Shown here in pieces: positions 51,902 through 64,000 of a DNA stretch of 64,000 nt; positions within the stretch are counted from its first letter, which is position 1, and every line of letters begins with the position of its first letter. A model generated the notes under the pieces. That model was not told where the DNA came from, did not search any database, and saw nothing but the letters and a program-made list of their open reading frames with translations. A program made the translations under genes and the position numbers. The stretch spans positions 6,052,939-6,116,938 of the forward strand of contig MU058423.1 of assembly GCA_013265495.1 (NCBI GenBank), in the 5' to 3' direction. The stretch is from Vicugna vicugna (taxonomy: Eukaryota).

Positions 51902-52389
51902 TATCCACTGAAGGAAAACACATAACTTAAATTTGTGAATTAAGTTTTATTGGGGGATCTTACTGGAGACTGTAGCCCAGAAGACAGCCTCCCAGATAGC
52001 TCTGAGAAACTGCTATGAGGAGGTAAGGAAGGAGCCAGCATGTAAAGAAGGTTTTTTTTTTTCCCCCTGAAAAACAGTATGTAGTGGAACATCAGAAGAT
52101 TACTGTTAATCACCTAAAACAGACTTCTCAAGTAAATGATTTTAGTGCTTTTCTGTGAATGGGATGATGCAGGAATCTGGGTTAATTGAAATTATTCCTT
52201 AGATATGCATGTTAACTGTCTAAGGCCAAAGCCCCAAATGCCTCCTGTTTTTCTCCATCCTGAACGCCCCTCAGGGCACACCATGGCAGGTGGGGGCAGC
52301 TGCTTTGGCTGGTGGCTTGATCCATGTAGACCTTGAATGGCTGCAACATTCTTTGCTACTCAAATGGCAGGCAAAAATCCCTGTCTACA
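51902..52389 (-). mobile_element. ERV1-class solo LTR, related to the 50100 LTR
   Basis: gacagcctcccagatagctctgag and gattttagtgcttttct are antisense to the 50100 LTR motifs; 4-bp TSD AATT at 51898-51901 and 52390-52393. Confidence 0.85.
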
Positions 52390-53305
52390 AATTACTGAAG
52401 TGTTTTAAAAACATACACAGAAAACATAGCACAAGCATTTTTTTTCCCTTAGTGCGCCCACAGATGATTAGCTGAGCCATGTGCAAGCTCATTTAAAGTG
52501 AAAGCATAAAGTATACATTTCATTTCAAACACTGACTTACTAAAACATCATTTTTGAAACTTCTGTATTATTTTCTACCAAAATCTACTCTTATCCTCTT
52601 GTTTTCTGGATTTTTTTAATAACATTTCATCAGTGACATATATTTTCTCTGTTCAATACAGAGAAAGGATTCTACTTTAATTATACTTTCAGTTAGACAG
52701 AAATGTATATTTACCCAGCAAGTTGGGTCTTGCATTACATACATTTTTTTGAGTTAAATTTATAACTATTTTCTACTGTTGCCACTCAAATTCTCATTCA
52801 CATTCTCAAACTAACTCCTAAAAATTTTGGCATCACAACTGTTCTAATTAAACACCTTGAACATATGATCAATAATATAATTACTTTCACATGGAGAAAC
52901 AAAACAAAATATATGTATTCCAAATGGTCTTGGGCTTTGCTAATTCACTAATATAGACTAAAGTTTATGATTTATTTTTAACCTTCATGGAACCCATAAA
53001 ATTACAGATTCTTGAGATTTATGCTCTTAAATAGAAGGCCATTTATAGCAAAACAGAAGTCAAAGAGGACACAGGTGATACCAAACCTTCAACCTCCTTG
53101 TTTTGTCTTAAACTTCAGAGAACTTTTCATAAATGAATCTTTGAATACAACAGAAGAGAATAATTCTCATTAAATATAACTGGCATATTCCCATCACAGC
53201 ACAATTCAACCACCTGACTTTACAGAGAGTTTTATGTTCTGATGTTCACTTATTCCCAGTTAAGATGAGAATCAGTTTAAAATGGTTAGATTCTTTTTAA
53301 GGTCA

Positions 53306-53897
53306 TGTATCAGTCAGAGTTTAGTTATAAGCAAAAAACAAAAAGAAAAAATTTGATTTAGCAGAAAAAGGATTTTTCTTCATCATTAAAAGGATAATAG
53401 GCAGCTTATTGAGTTGTACAAGTGACTGTAGCACAGGTGTAGAGACAAGGAAAGATGCTCAGATTCACACTCAGAATTGGTCCAGACAATAATCTGCTAG
53501 ACTCTACTACAAGTACTAGCTCTTGCTATTGAACCACTTGACACTGTCAGTAGGAGAGCCTGAATTTTGCCACTAGTCCACCTGCCATTATTGCCTTTGT
53601 ACTATTTCTTGTTGCAACTAACACCATCCCCAGTGATGTTATTTGCATTCTTTATGCTCTGCTTCAGTAGCCATGTGTGGGTGCATCTGCTGATTATTGC
53701 TAGATACTTGGTCAATTGATCATGCATTAGTTTTAAGGAAGGCTAGAAAAATGAGTATATATTATTTTCATAGATTATACTGGAACACAACTCTGTCTCT
53801 ACCCAACACTCAAAAAGAGGGATTTCTCAATCAGGGAGCAGTCCTGCTTTTAAAACAGGAGATGATGGACAGCTAAACAGAATGAGTGTTTACTACA
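53306..53897 (-). mobile_element. Old ERVL/MaLR-type LTR
   Basis: tgtatcagtcagagtttagttataagc... start and ...gtgtttactaca end. Confidence 0.55.
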
Positions 53898-53899
53898 GG

Positions 53900-54600
53900 C
53901 TACAGAATGAGATGGCAGACTGTTCCAGGTAAGAACACTCTGAGTTATCTCTTGGATGAGGGCTGCCAACCAGAGCAGCTCACATAGGTAGGACTTGGAT
54001 ATGTTAGAAATTTACTTTCCTTTGGCTAAAGCATTGAGATTTTGATCGTTGTGATTGCAGTATTTATTACAGCAGCATAGTTTTTACTGATTTAATAGAG
54101 TACTTAATACATTGTAACAAAACCATAAAATAGATGCCAATACATTAGTGATTGGGTAATGGTTAATAAGAATACAGATGTAATGGTATGGATGGCCTGA
54201 TATCCATGTTACACAGTGGCAAAATATGTTACAAAACTGAGTCATGCTGCATTTTAAATAGCAGATTGTGTGCCTGTGCAGCCCAGAGAATACAGACTGG
54301 AACTCTAGGTTGGAAAATAGAATATTTGTATTGTGTGTTGTTTACCTTTGCCTACATTTGGAGAAGTATTGAAGAAAGAAGTAAGTTCCAGAAGGAAATT
54401 GGCTCCTTTGCAAGCAGAGATGGAAAGACCTAGAGAAAGCTAGAATTTGGGGTCTTGTAGGGTTTGACAAAAATGAGTGGTTTTTAGATCCCAAATAGTA
54501 AGTCATAATATTTAAGCAGTCTTTGAGCAAAAAGGCCCAGATAAAATGTCTTATTTAAATTAAATGGATCAAGGTAAAGATCAAATTAATAGTGTTACCA
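53900..54600 (+). mobile_element. MLT1 LTR 3' end followed by MLT1 internal sequence
   Basis: aagcattgagattttg...ttacagcagcatag...taataga, then tgttacacagtggcaaaa and aaggaaattggctcctttgcaagcaga. Confidence 0.7.
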
Positions 54601-55744
54601 TTTTAGAATTTTGGTTTTTGTTTTCAGTGAAACAGGAACATATTTGATAGTTTTGAGTACAGGATTACCATGAAATTATTTGTGCTTTTAAAACATTTAT
54701 TTTGTGATAAAAAAGACTAGACAGGGACAAAGGAGGAAGCTAACAACTTCCATTGATGTTACCTTGTAATAATTTAGGCATGATGTAATGACTGGGGTTT
54801 AAATCAGGAAGCTAATCCGTTATCATTTTCTACTTTATCTGCAATACGGGTTGCTTTATGGTTCATTTGATTGGAAACAATTATCATACAAATTTTTGTT
54901 ACCATTCTGCTATCACTTGGTGACCATATATAGTATTTTTGGTTAATGTGAAAATGCTCTCTCAGTTAAAGACCTGAGCTAATGGATTAAAGCACCTGGT
55001 AGAAATATATTTTTATTTCTTATCATGATTAGGAAAATATAACAACCAGAGTGAAAAAGTTTTAGAAATAGTCAAACTTGAAAAATTCTCATGAAAAATT
55101 GCATCACAGAATTAATTTAAAATAGGACTGAGTTCTTTTCTCGTGGGGGCAAGAAAAGTAGGAATGCTGGCTTAAAAGCTATCCTTCATTTCCAATTTCA
55201 AAGTTCCAAGTTTTACACCACAAAAACTAACTTTTTGGTTAACTATCCTGTCTTTATACTACATTTAAAGGTATTATATTGTTATTCATGTAACCTCCTG
55301 AAACTGCTAAGATACTTGCTAGTTTTTTACCCCAGTGATTTCTAATAGGAAATTTAAATACCTACTGAGGCAAAAAAGGGAAACATTTAGGGAACCGTGC
55401 ATTGCAGTTGGTTAATTACAATGGCCGAAGCTAAGACTTCTAAATTAAGAGATACATGAGTGTTCGACCATTCATCTGAACCAAGAAAAAAATTCATAGA
55501 AAAGAAAACATTATAATTCAACAAAATGGCCATAGGTAGTTAAACCAATGATCTGAAAATACAATATTGGCAAATTTAGTTGCACTCTCTTAAGATACAG
55601 GGACTCATAGCTCTACAAGTTATTCTTAAGGTCTTGGGATTTAAAACTTTAAAAAAAACTTATTTTTATTTAGTAATTTGAAACAACAGAACCTCATGAG
55701 TTAAGTATGCAGGTGAGGTGGCGTTTTAGGTGACCTAAAATTAT

Positions 55745-56700
55745 TAATTCTTTTACATAAAAATATTTACTGAGTGCCTCCTCTGTGTCCAGCACAGTTT
55801 TAATGACTGGGAAATACAGTAGTGCATTGGGCCGATGAATTAAGATAAACATCAGATAGTGATATATGCTACTGAAGAATTTATGATAATGGACAGAGAA
55901 TACAGATTTGTGGTTACCAGGGGGGTAGAGGGTGGGAAGGGATAGACTGGGATTTCAAAATTGTAGAATAGATAAACAAGATTACACTGTATAGCACAGG
56001 GATATATACACAAAATGTTATGATAAATCACAGAGAAAAAAATGTGACGAGTGTGTATATGTCCATGAATGACTGAAAAATTGTGCTGAACACTGGAATT
56101 TGGCACAACATTGTAAAATGATTATAAATCAATAAAAAATGTTAAAAAAAAATAAAAATCATGACCCTGACCTTATAATGAAAGGAATGGGCTAAGAGAC
56201 TATCCTGCCAAGTTCCCTAAAAAACAAACAAACAAACAAACAAAAAACAAACAAACAAACAAAAAAAGAATTTATGATAAAGAAAATCTTTTTTGAAGAG
56301 ATAGCATTTGAGATGAGATCTGAGTGATAAGAAAGAAACAAAAACAGATAAGTAAAGAACATGCCAAGCAGAGACAGCAACTACTTCAAAGAACTTTAGA
56401 GGAACAAGCTTGGGTTTTGCAAGAAATACGAAGAAGTCCGGGATGGCTAAAATATAGTTAGCATGGAAGTAAAACATTATGAGTCTGCGGAATTAGTCAA
56501 AGATCAGACAGTACTGAATTTTACAACCCAGGTCAAGATGTTTGATTTTATTCTAATGAAAGTCATTGGATGGAATCAGAGTGGTGTGATCTGATGTGTT
56601 TCTCTAAAACTACTGTGCTTATTATGCTCTGTAGAATGTCTTGTTGAGAGGCATAGTTAAATGCATAAAACCAGTAAAGAAATTTGTCCTGTGATCCTCA
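55745..56700 (-). mobile_element. L2 remnant interrupted by the L1 insertion
   Basis: aaatatttactgagtgcctcctctgtgtccagcac...; gcatttgagatgagatctgagtga; gtggtgtgatctga. Confidence 0.7.
55890..56265 (+). mobile_element. Young camelid L1 3' end with 3'-transduced flank and second (AAAC)n tail
   Basis: L1 3'UTR 55890-~56158 with AATAAA at 56131; non-L1 segment 56160-56218; tail 56219-56265; 15-bp TSD AAGAATTTATGATAA at 55875-55889 and 56266-56280. Confidence 0.9.
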
Positions 56701-56900
56701 GGTGGCCTACAATAGGCATTATGCCAAGCACTTATAAAGACTTTTTAGCATACTTGCAAGATTGGTATTATTGAAGAAGTCTGTAGATGAGTCAGAGGAG
56801 TTATATAATGTGCAGTAGGTCCCAGAAGTCATATCTGGCAACACTATTGAATCCCCATTGGATCTGCCTTTAAAATTTCCAACTTTTTACCACTCTGCTG
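56700..56900 (-). mobile_element. MIR SINE remnant
   Basis: aggcattatgccaagcacttta...gtcagaggagttatataatgtgc. Confidence 0.55.
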
Positions 56901-57058
56901 TGTTGCTGGAGTACAACCCCTTCAAATGGTATTGTGGCTTATTCACCAAACATTCACTAGAGATATTTGGGTGGTGCAATATGAGAAACGGAGAATATGG
57001 AGAATAATGTCTGTAATTTGTTGAATTAGAGATACAAACTGATTAAAAATGGAATTTT

Positions 57059-57476
57059 TTTGGATCTGGAAATTGTCATTTTTAGTGAAGTAAGCCAGAA
57101 AGAGAAAGAAATATACCATATAATATCACTCATAGGTGAAATCTAAAAAAAAAGAAAAAAAGAAAAAAGAAGACACTAATGAACTTTTCTACAAAACAGA
57201 AACAGACTCACAGACATAGTAAACAAACTTACAGTTACCCCGGGGAAAGGGCATGGGAAGGGACAAATTGGGAGTTCAAGATTTGCAAATACTTACGACT
57301 ATATATAAACTAGATAAACAGTTTTTTTCTGTATAACACAGGGAACTCTATTCAATATCTTGTAGTAATATATAATGAAAAAATATGAAAATGAATATAT
57401 GTATGTATATGTATGACTGAAATATTCTGTACACCAGAAATTGACACATTGTAACTGCCTATACTTCAATAAAAAC
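57059..57476 (+). mobile_element. Lineage-specific L1 3' end
   Basis: gtgaagtaagccagaaagagaaag...caaaacagaaacagactcacagac...atacttcaataaaaa; TSD AAAATGGRATTTT at 57046-57058 and 57477-57489, at a TT|AAAA site. Confidence 0.93.
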
Positions 57477-57514
57477 AAAATGGGATTTTATTTTCACTTA
57501 CCATTTTTGGCCCC

Positions 57515-57878
57515 TGTGACAGTTAATTTTATGTGACAACTTTATTGGGATGCAGGATACCCAGATATCTGACTTATAATTTTGGACATTTTTGTAAGGA
57601 TGTTTTTGGATGAGATTAACATTTAAATTGGTAGTGGAGTAATCAGATTGCCCTCCCTCATGTGGGTGGGCCTATCCAATCAGTGGAAGGCCTGAACAGA
57701 ACAAAAGGCTGACTTTTCCCTAAGTAAGAGGGGATTTTCCTGCCTGATGACCTTTGAATTGAGACATTGGCTCTGCAGATTTTGGGCTTGACATCCTGCA
57801 TAATTTGTGAGCCAATTATAAATAAATAAAACCAGTATTTCCTATAGGTTCTGTTTCTCTGGAGAACAATAACTAACA
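57515..57878 (+). mobile_element. MLT2B/MLT2D-like ERVL solo LTR
   Basis: tgtgacagttaattttatgtgacaac...cagattgccctccctcatgtgggtgggcc...ggttctgtttctctggagaac...taaca. Confidence 0.92.
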
Positions 57879-58027
57879 GCATCCATAAAGGCATAAAAGC
57901 AAGGATTTATGTGTGTTTGATCATTGGAGTTTATTAGATGGAAGTAGTACTAAAGAAGAGAGTTTTGGAAGACTACAGATAAAATTCCTTCAGGAGATAT
58001 GATGAAGTAATCATGTAGGATTGTTCC

Positions 58028-58045
58028 AGCGCCATCTAGAGGTGA
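58028..58045 (-). promoter_or_regulatory. CTCF-like motif
   Basis: Minus strand TCACCTCTAGATGGCGCT, one mismatch to CCASYAGRKGGCRS, CpG retained. Confidence 0.55.
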
Positions 58046-58239
58046 TTTGACAGGCAGTACTTCTAGATGAACTGCTATTAACTAGGATGGTATATTTTAT
58101 TTCTACCTTCCTAGCAATTCTGAAAGACACTTAGAAACTTATGTCCCTAGAAGCAGGAAAGGCCTTTGAGTCTTCAGAACTATTTATTATGTTTCTATGT
58201 AAGGAGGAAAATGTGTGTTCATTGTACACATTAAATATT

Positions 58240-58985
58240 TACCTGGAATACAAAATTGAATAAAATTAAATCAGTAAAACCAAAAAGTGACTTTTTATGA
58301 AATTTCAATAAAATTGACAAAAGTCTAGTTTTACCAATCATGAAAAAGGAGAGGAATTCTAAATTACCATTATTAGAAATCAAAATGGAAACTTCATCAT
58401 ATTTACTAAAGATATCAAAAGTATAAGACAATATCACCAACAAATTTTAAGCCAATATGTTCTAAACTTAGAGGGAATGGATGGATTCTGTGAAACTTAC
58501 AAGTTATCAGAAATGAGATTAAAAAAACTTGAATAAGCTTATGATAATTAATTGAATTATATATTAAATATCTCCCCCCAAGATAAACTCTAGGCACGCA
58601 TGGCTTCACTGGAGAATTATATGAAATATTTTTAAAAATAATACCAATTTCATATAAATTCTAGAGAAGAAGATGATACACTTTCCAATTAATTTTAGAA
58701 ATCAGGATTACTCCAATAGTAAAATTAGATACAGATGTTGCAAAAAGAGGAAATTGCAGATTAATATATTTCTTGAATATAGCTGCAAAACTAAACCAAA
58801 TTTTAACCAACTGAATCCAGGAATATATTAAGAAGATGATACTTAAGATGAACTTTCAAGAGGTAATAGTTCAAATTATGTTTATAGGGTTTTATACATT
58901 TTCAAAACTCAAAGTACTTTATACTTTAAGTAGGTGCTTTTTATCTAATGTCATTTTTACCCAACACAGCTGCTTTTAAAAAATG
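58240..58985 (+). mobile_element. Old L1 ORF2 fragment joined to an L1 3' end
   Basis: caataaaattgacaaaagtctag...ggcttcactggagaatt...; 3'-end-like tttcaaaactc...gctgcttttaaaaa. Confidence 0.8.
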
Positions 58986-60494
58986 ACTATAGACACATTA
59001 ACCCATTATCTGCCATTATGAGAAAAATATTTTTCCAAACTTACTATTATTTCCTGGTAAAATTTTCTTTCCTCTATACTGTTTATATTTCTCTGTTGTT
59101 CAGAAACACATCTGTACTTTATTACTTGGAAGAAACAAAGGCATAGCAAAATATTCTAGTATCATGAGTAACTGGGTTGTCTTTGTTTTTTGAGCTATAT
59201 ACATATCTGGAAAAGAAGCATGAATCTGGATATTGGAATATATCTATTGAATATAAATGAGATACACGGAAGCCTAAATTTTTGGACCACATCTAATTCA
59301 GAATTATAAATGATCACAGCCAGCATAATTCTTATGACTTCTTGTATAGATTCAATTCCTGTCCCTCCCACATCTCTCATATCTTTTTAATTCATGACTT
59401 ATTTATGAGTTTAAATGTATAAATTCGTCAGTTTTGACTAATTCAGGAGAAGCAATTATTGATTACATTTTATCTGTATGATTATTATCTCAATTATTTT
59501 TTAAACCAAGTTTCAATGTAAAGAAGGCACACATACACATCTATAGATTGGTCTGTATAAGGATATCCTGAGAAATGGTGGAAGTTGCATGGGCATATCA
59601 ATGTCTTTGCATGCAAGCAGAGAAGAACTCTGTGTACAGAATAGATTATAATGCCAATTAGTTACCTAAGTCTGGAGTAGTTATGGCCATTATGTTCACT
59701 GAACTGTATCCAGTTGGCAGAAGTTAATCTAGGGGGAGAAAGTCTAAATATCAACAAAATGTGTTTCTGGTTAGATAATAAAACCTTGGTGGAGCTGATC
59801 AGCTGGCAGTCTTCCAGTTCTGAGTCTGTCTCACACCTGCTTCATCTGTTTGTTTTATGTGGCCTCTGGTTTACACACTGTCCTATTTAAAAAAAGCAAA
59901 CTGTTCCAGTAATCTAATTGCCAATGCTGATTTCTTGACTTAGTTTAAGAAATTTCAGTGAATAATGCCAAAGTTTCTCGTATAAAGTAGAATCTTTTGC
60001 CAGGACATGCTATACAATTAGAAATGTGTCAACTTTCTAGACAAAACTGTCTTCTCTAAAGAAGCTTATAAGAGAAGAGCCTAAACCTGATTCAGTGGGT
60101 CTGGAACATTAAAATCCAGCAGGTCTGAGATATCAAAGGAAACAATACCATCTAGTGTGTAGATTCAACTTTTTTTTTTCTGTCTTTGGGGTGTATTTTA
60201 AAGGATATAAAATAATAAACTCAAGGGAGAAGGATATTAACATTTTATTACTTGAAATAAAGATTTAATAATTATTAGCAGTAACGTCCAATAGTTTGTT
60301 CGAGTCAAAATAATTAGAATATAGGAATGTACAGCAGGGGACACGAAACCTACATAAGACATAGGGAGTAATTTTTGATAATTTACTGAATTTCGCATAC
60401 CATGATTACTCATAAATATACTCACCTGCTTGGTTAAATAGTGCTTTTCTTGAGAGTTTATGATGGAAAAAAAAAACTGTATAAACATTACAAG

Positions 60495-60670
60495 ATTTAC
60501 ATCCTGGTTCTGTCATGTAGCATCTTTGTGAAATTAATTAACAATATTTTCATAAACTAGGGGTAATAATAAGTGTTTCATAGAATTGTTTGGGAAAGAA
60601 AAAAATGAAAAATGTCCATCAAATAACAAAATAATATTTATCATTCCCGAAGTAAATGTTGGTGCTTGTT
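60495..60670 (+). mobile_element. MIR SINE remnant
   Basis: atcctggttctgtca...ggggtaataataagtgtttcatagaattgtt. Confidence 0.55.
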
Positions 60671-61256
60671 TTTTTTCACATAGGAAAATCTAGAAAAAAA
60701 TTTAATATGTATTTTTTCCTTAATAAAATGCTGTCCCTACAATTCTCTCTCCTTATTGCTTGGATGAAAGGACATCTGTAAAAAGAATTATGATCTTAAG
60801 GCTCCAAATCCCTGTGTCTCTTAAAACTAGTTCTTTGATTCTTTTTCTCTGGAATTTGCTGTCTTCTGTAAATTTGCATCAAAGCACTAAAGAATTATCT
60901 AGTTCTTAAGTGTGCTTCTCCAAATCTTATACTTTAAAAAATGTAGTTCCAGAGAGAAAAGAGAAAAAGAAATAAATCCAAGAAAGCCAATTAAACAATT
61001 GCTTATTTCTTTTTACTCTGGCCCCATTCCCAATCCTAGAACATAGATCTTTCAACATTAAGTGAGCACTGGAGTATGCTAATTTTAGTTTTGAAGGCTG
61101 AAGATAAAAATGCGAATGGAACATGGTATATGGTTTTAAGATGTTCCAGACCTAGCTGCAGAGTGACTCATTAATGGACAATTTCAGTATAAAACGGTAA
61201 GTGGGGTACAGATTCCCATGGGGTGCTATGGGGGCACTGAGGGGGTGATTTTTTTC

Positions 61257-61295
61257 CAGGAGATATTTCAATGCCACAAAATGAAATATCTCCTG
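61257..61295. repeat. Perfect 14-bp inverted repeat, 11-nt loop
   Basis: CAGGAGATATTTCA atgccacaaaa TGAAATATCTCCTG. Confidence 0.9.
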
Positions 61296-61464
61296 AGGGA
61301 AAATTTGAAGACTGAGAGGGAAAGATATACCATGCAGATAATGAAACTGCTTGAGCAAAGTTATAAATACTCTGAATGGGAACTGTGAGCAGTGCAGTAT
61401 CATTAGATTTGTATGTTTGGACCATGTCCTTTATGTGTAATTGACACAATTGAAGTGTGGTGAG

Positions 61465-61580
61465 TATCCTATCCTTATTTTATAGACAAGAAATCTGAAG
61501 TTCAGAATGTTTAAGGTAATTAACCAAGATTGTTCATCTCAGAAACTGGAGGTCCAAGACTCAAAGCCATTCTTTTAAAA
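61465..61580 (-). mobile_element. MIR SINE remnant
   Basis: atccttattttatagacaagaaatctgaagttcaga...aattaaccaag. Confidence 0.65.
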
Positions 61581-62615
61581 TAATCATATTAAGCTATGTC
61601 TACTTTTACAGCTGACCAAATTGGGTACTGATTCATCTATACAAATTGAAAAAAAATGTATATGCCTATCAAAGTTATTTATACATATAGCTTGAAATTT
61701 TGTTAGTATCATTGAAATTAGTTAGATATACTCTATCTGTCACATACATACACCACAATATCTCAAATGCTAGACGTTTGCACTTTGGTTGTTGGTATTC
61801 CTTGCAAAATAGTAGAAGGGGAAATTCTCTGGAATATTAATGATCACAGAGCACATCCATTCTCAGAGTAAACCTTTATCTAAGGTGAGTCATTTGTCTT
61901 CATTTTATTTTGATTGTGTATCTCAGTCTATTCTATCAGAAAAGCAATTCCGTCTCCACTATTGAACAATAATATTTGGAACAATTTAGTTGTAAAGGTG
62001 ATTTTTATATTAAAACAGATTCATCGTTTACTACATTTCTCATTGTTCAGATAATTGTATGTCCTTTTGGAAAATATTTAGTATTTCTGACCCAGTTTCA
62101 GCTTTGTCCCAAATGACTACATTTGAGTTTAGAGAATGAATAGAAATTGGGGATTGCCTTTCTGTGTGATAGCACTTGAACTGCAACTGACTGCCCGCTG
62201 AAAGGTAAGGGAAGTAGTTGTCAACAAGATTTAAAGTTACTGTCAAGTCTATACAGCCACACTGGAATGGTTACAGAAGGAACATGATTTTGTTGAAATT
62301 AAGTACCAACAACTACTGAACCATGGATATGCACATTGGTTATCATTAACGCTTGACACCTGCATCTTCTTTGATTTGCTTAAGTTGTTTTCTTGTCAGA
62401 AACAAAGTGCCCTACAGTAAGATCCTCTTCAATTTTCTTTAAAATTTAGAGTACATATTTGTGTTTATGAATCTTAGTCAATGGGAGTATATTTTCTTTT
62501 TAACTGTTTTACTTATTGAAATTTGCAAGGAAGTCAGCTGCCAGATGAGGAAATACTTGGAATTTCTTTTAGTGTGAAATTTTTTGACCTAAAAATGTCA
62601 ATAGAAATAAAATAA

Positions 62616-62637
62616 CTAGCTAGCTAGCTAGCTAGCT
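62616..62637. repeat. (CTAG)n self-complementary microsatellite
   Basis: ctagctagctagctagctagct. Confidence 0.9.
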
Positions 62638-63319
62638 CCCTGAGGCATACTGAAGAGGTGTTGATAAATAATCTTCATGTGTTGGATCGTTTTGTTCTCC
62701 TCCTTGATATTAGAATAATATATTTGGTAGGAGTTAATATATTGGTGAAATTAGGAATAGTTAAAAAGAAATAAAAGGTTCAGATTTCTATAAATCAATA
62801 CATTCTTACAAATTCTTAAAATATGCTAAGAAATTTTAGATTTGGAGGCAATAAGACAAAAATGGTATACAAATTTCAGGGAGTTCATAGTTTAGTAGTT
62901 GTAAGAGGACCATTTTTCTCTTTTTTGAGAGCAGTTGGTATTTATTGTACAAAAACAGTCAGACTATTTTGCTAGTTTTCAGAAGTGAAACAGAATGTTA
63001 CAGTTCTGAATTATAACTATATCATAAATGGATTGCTAAGGCAAGAAAATGATCTGTTTTTTTCATTCTAATGGTTATTAACTTATAAATATAGCCCCAA
63101 GTTTATAAAATCAAACATATTCATATATTGATCCCTGGAAAATTTCCAGAATTTTTTATGCTTTCAAAATACCTCATTTATAGGAAGCCATAAGTCTATT
63201 CCTAACTTGTCCCTGGTTTTAGTATTAATTTATCAGTTTTTAAGTCTTACCCTCCTTGGTAGGATTCGTTACTGCTCCTCAGTTTCTCTAGCTAGATAAA
63301 AACTATCTTCATATGTCCA

Positions 63320-63320
<1 letters not shown>

Positions 63321-63353
<33 letters not shown>
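63321..63353. repeat. (TA)n microsatellite
   Basis: tatata... about 16 units. Confidence 0.95.
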
Positions 63354-63358
<5 letters not shown>

Positions 63359-63840
63359 TGTTATTATTATCTGTGTGTTTGTGTTTCTACACATCTAACT
63401 TATCTTTTTCAAATGTCAACTTTAGTAATTATAGGACATTTGGTCAGTATGAACTGTAACTATAGTCTGAACATGCTTAACATGAAGATAGTACTTTTAT
63501 CCAAGTATCTAGGACAGTAACTGGCACTTGGTAGATACTCAACTAGTTGACAAACTAAAATTATAATAAAACATGACTCTGCAGCTCTATCTAGGCAAAA
63601 CTCTCTTAGAGTACTAGACTATTAAAAATAATTGATTTAGAATTCAAACTTATTTAACTTCCATTAAAAAATAGCAAAACAGCATGTTGGAGTGATCTAA
63701 TTGTCAACAAACTAGCTTCCTTCTCTTTTGAGGCATACAGTGTTCTTAAAGGTATGAGAATCTAAAGACAAATAGAAGGTAAATGATGCAGATTTGCCTG
63801 TCAACTATCTATAAAGTGCTTAGGTGGCAATAATAAGCAA

Positions 63841-63879
63841 CTTTATATACAGGGTGCATATATAACCCTGTATATAAAG
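63841..63879. repeat. Perfect 15-bp inverted repeat, 9-nt loop
   Basis: CTTTATATACAGGGT gcatatata ACCCTGTATATAAAG. Confidence 0.9.
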
Positions 63880-64000
63880 GTGCCATTGACAGCAGTTAAT
63901 GAGTATGGAAATTGCTCAGGTCCTTTAGTAAAACCAACTTTAATATAACTACTGGAAGACTTTTAAAGGTTAAGGTTTTGATATGTGAAACTTTGGGCTC

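Noticed and set aside
60964..61013. 12-bp inverted repeat aaaaagaaataa/ttatttcttttt
   Set aside because: Low-complexity arms with a long spacer; likely chance
1..64000. CRISPR arrays, operons or other prokaryotic systems
   Set aside because: Sequence is mammalian and repeat-laden; no repeat-spacer arrays or gene-dense ORFs

Overview
AT-rich, repeat-dense mammalian non-coding DNA (intron of a long gene or gene desert). A TSD-flanked Vic-1-type tRNA-derived SINE and camelid-style L1 3' ends point to Camelidae. No protein-coding gene, rRNA or tRNA gene is recognisable. The only ORF-track entries with real homology are decayed transposon proteins: L1 ORF1p/ORF2p and Tigger1 transposase. An ERV-L integrase relic is visible at the DNA level. 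Recognisable repeats: L1, L2, L3, MIR, MaLR/ERVL/ERV1 LTRs, Tigger1 nested in MER45B, Tigger13a, Charlie1a and MER94. The top finding is a 1.7-kb composite retrotransposed block (40201-41895) bounded by a perfect 15-bp TSD. It contains an inverted L1 5'UTR piece, the 3' half of ORF1 ending in a premature AATAAA+A-tract, an old L1 relic, and a separately TSD-flanked L1 3' end. This suggests a multi-step, ORF2-less chimeric transcript mobilised in trans. Other leads: a clean L1 3' transduction (55890-56265), a candidate orphan box C/D snoRNA (15209-15282), AG|GT recursive-splice-like sites, two CTCF-like motifs, two long perfect hairpins and an inverted pair of related LTRs. Repeat family names come from recalled consensus similarity, not a database search; boundaries of old repeats are approximate.
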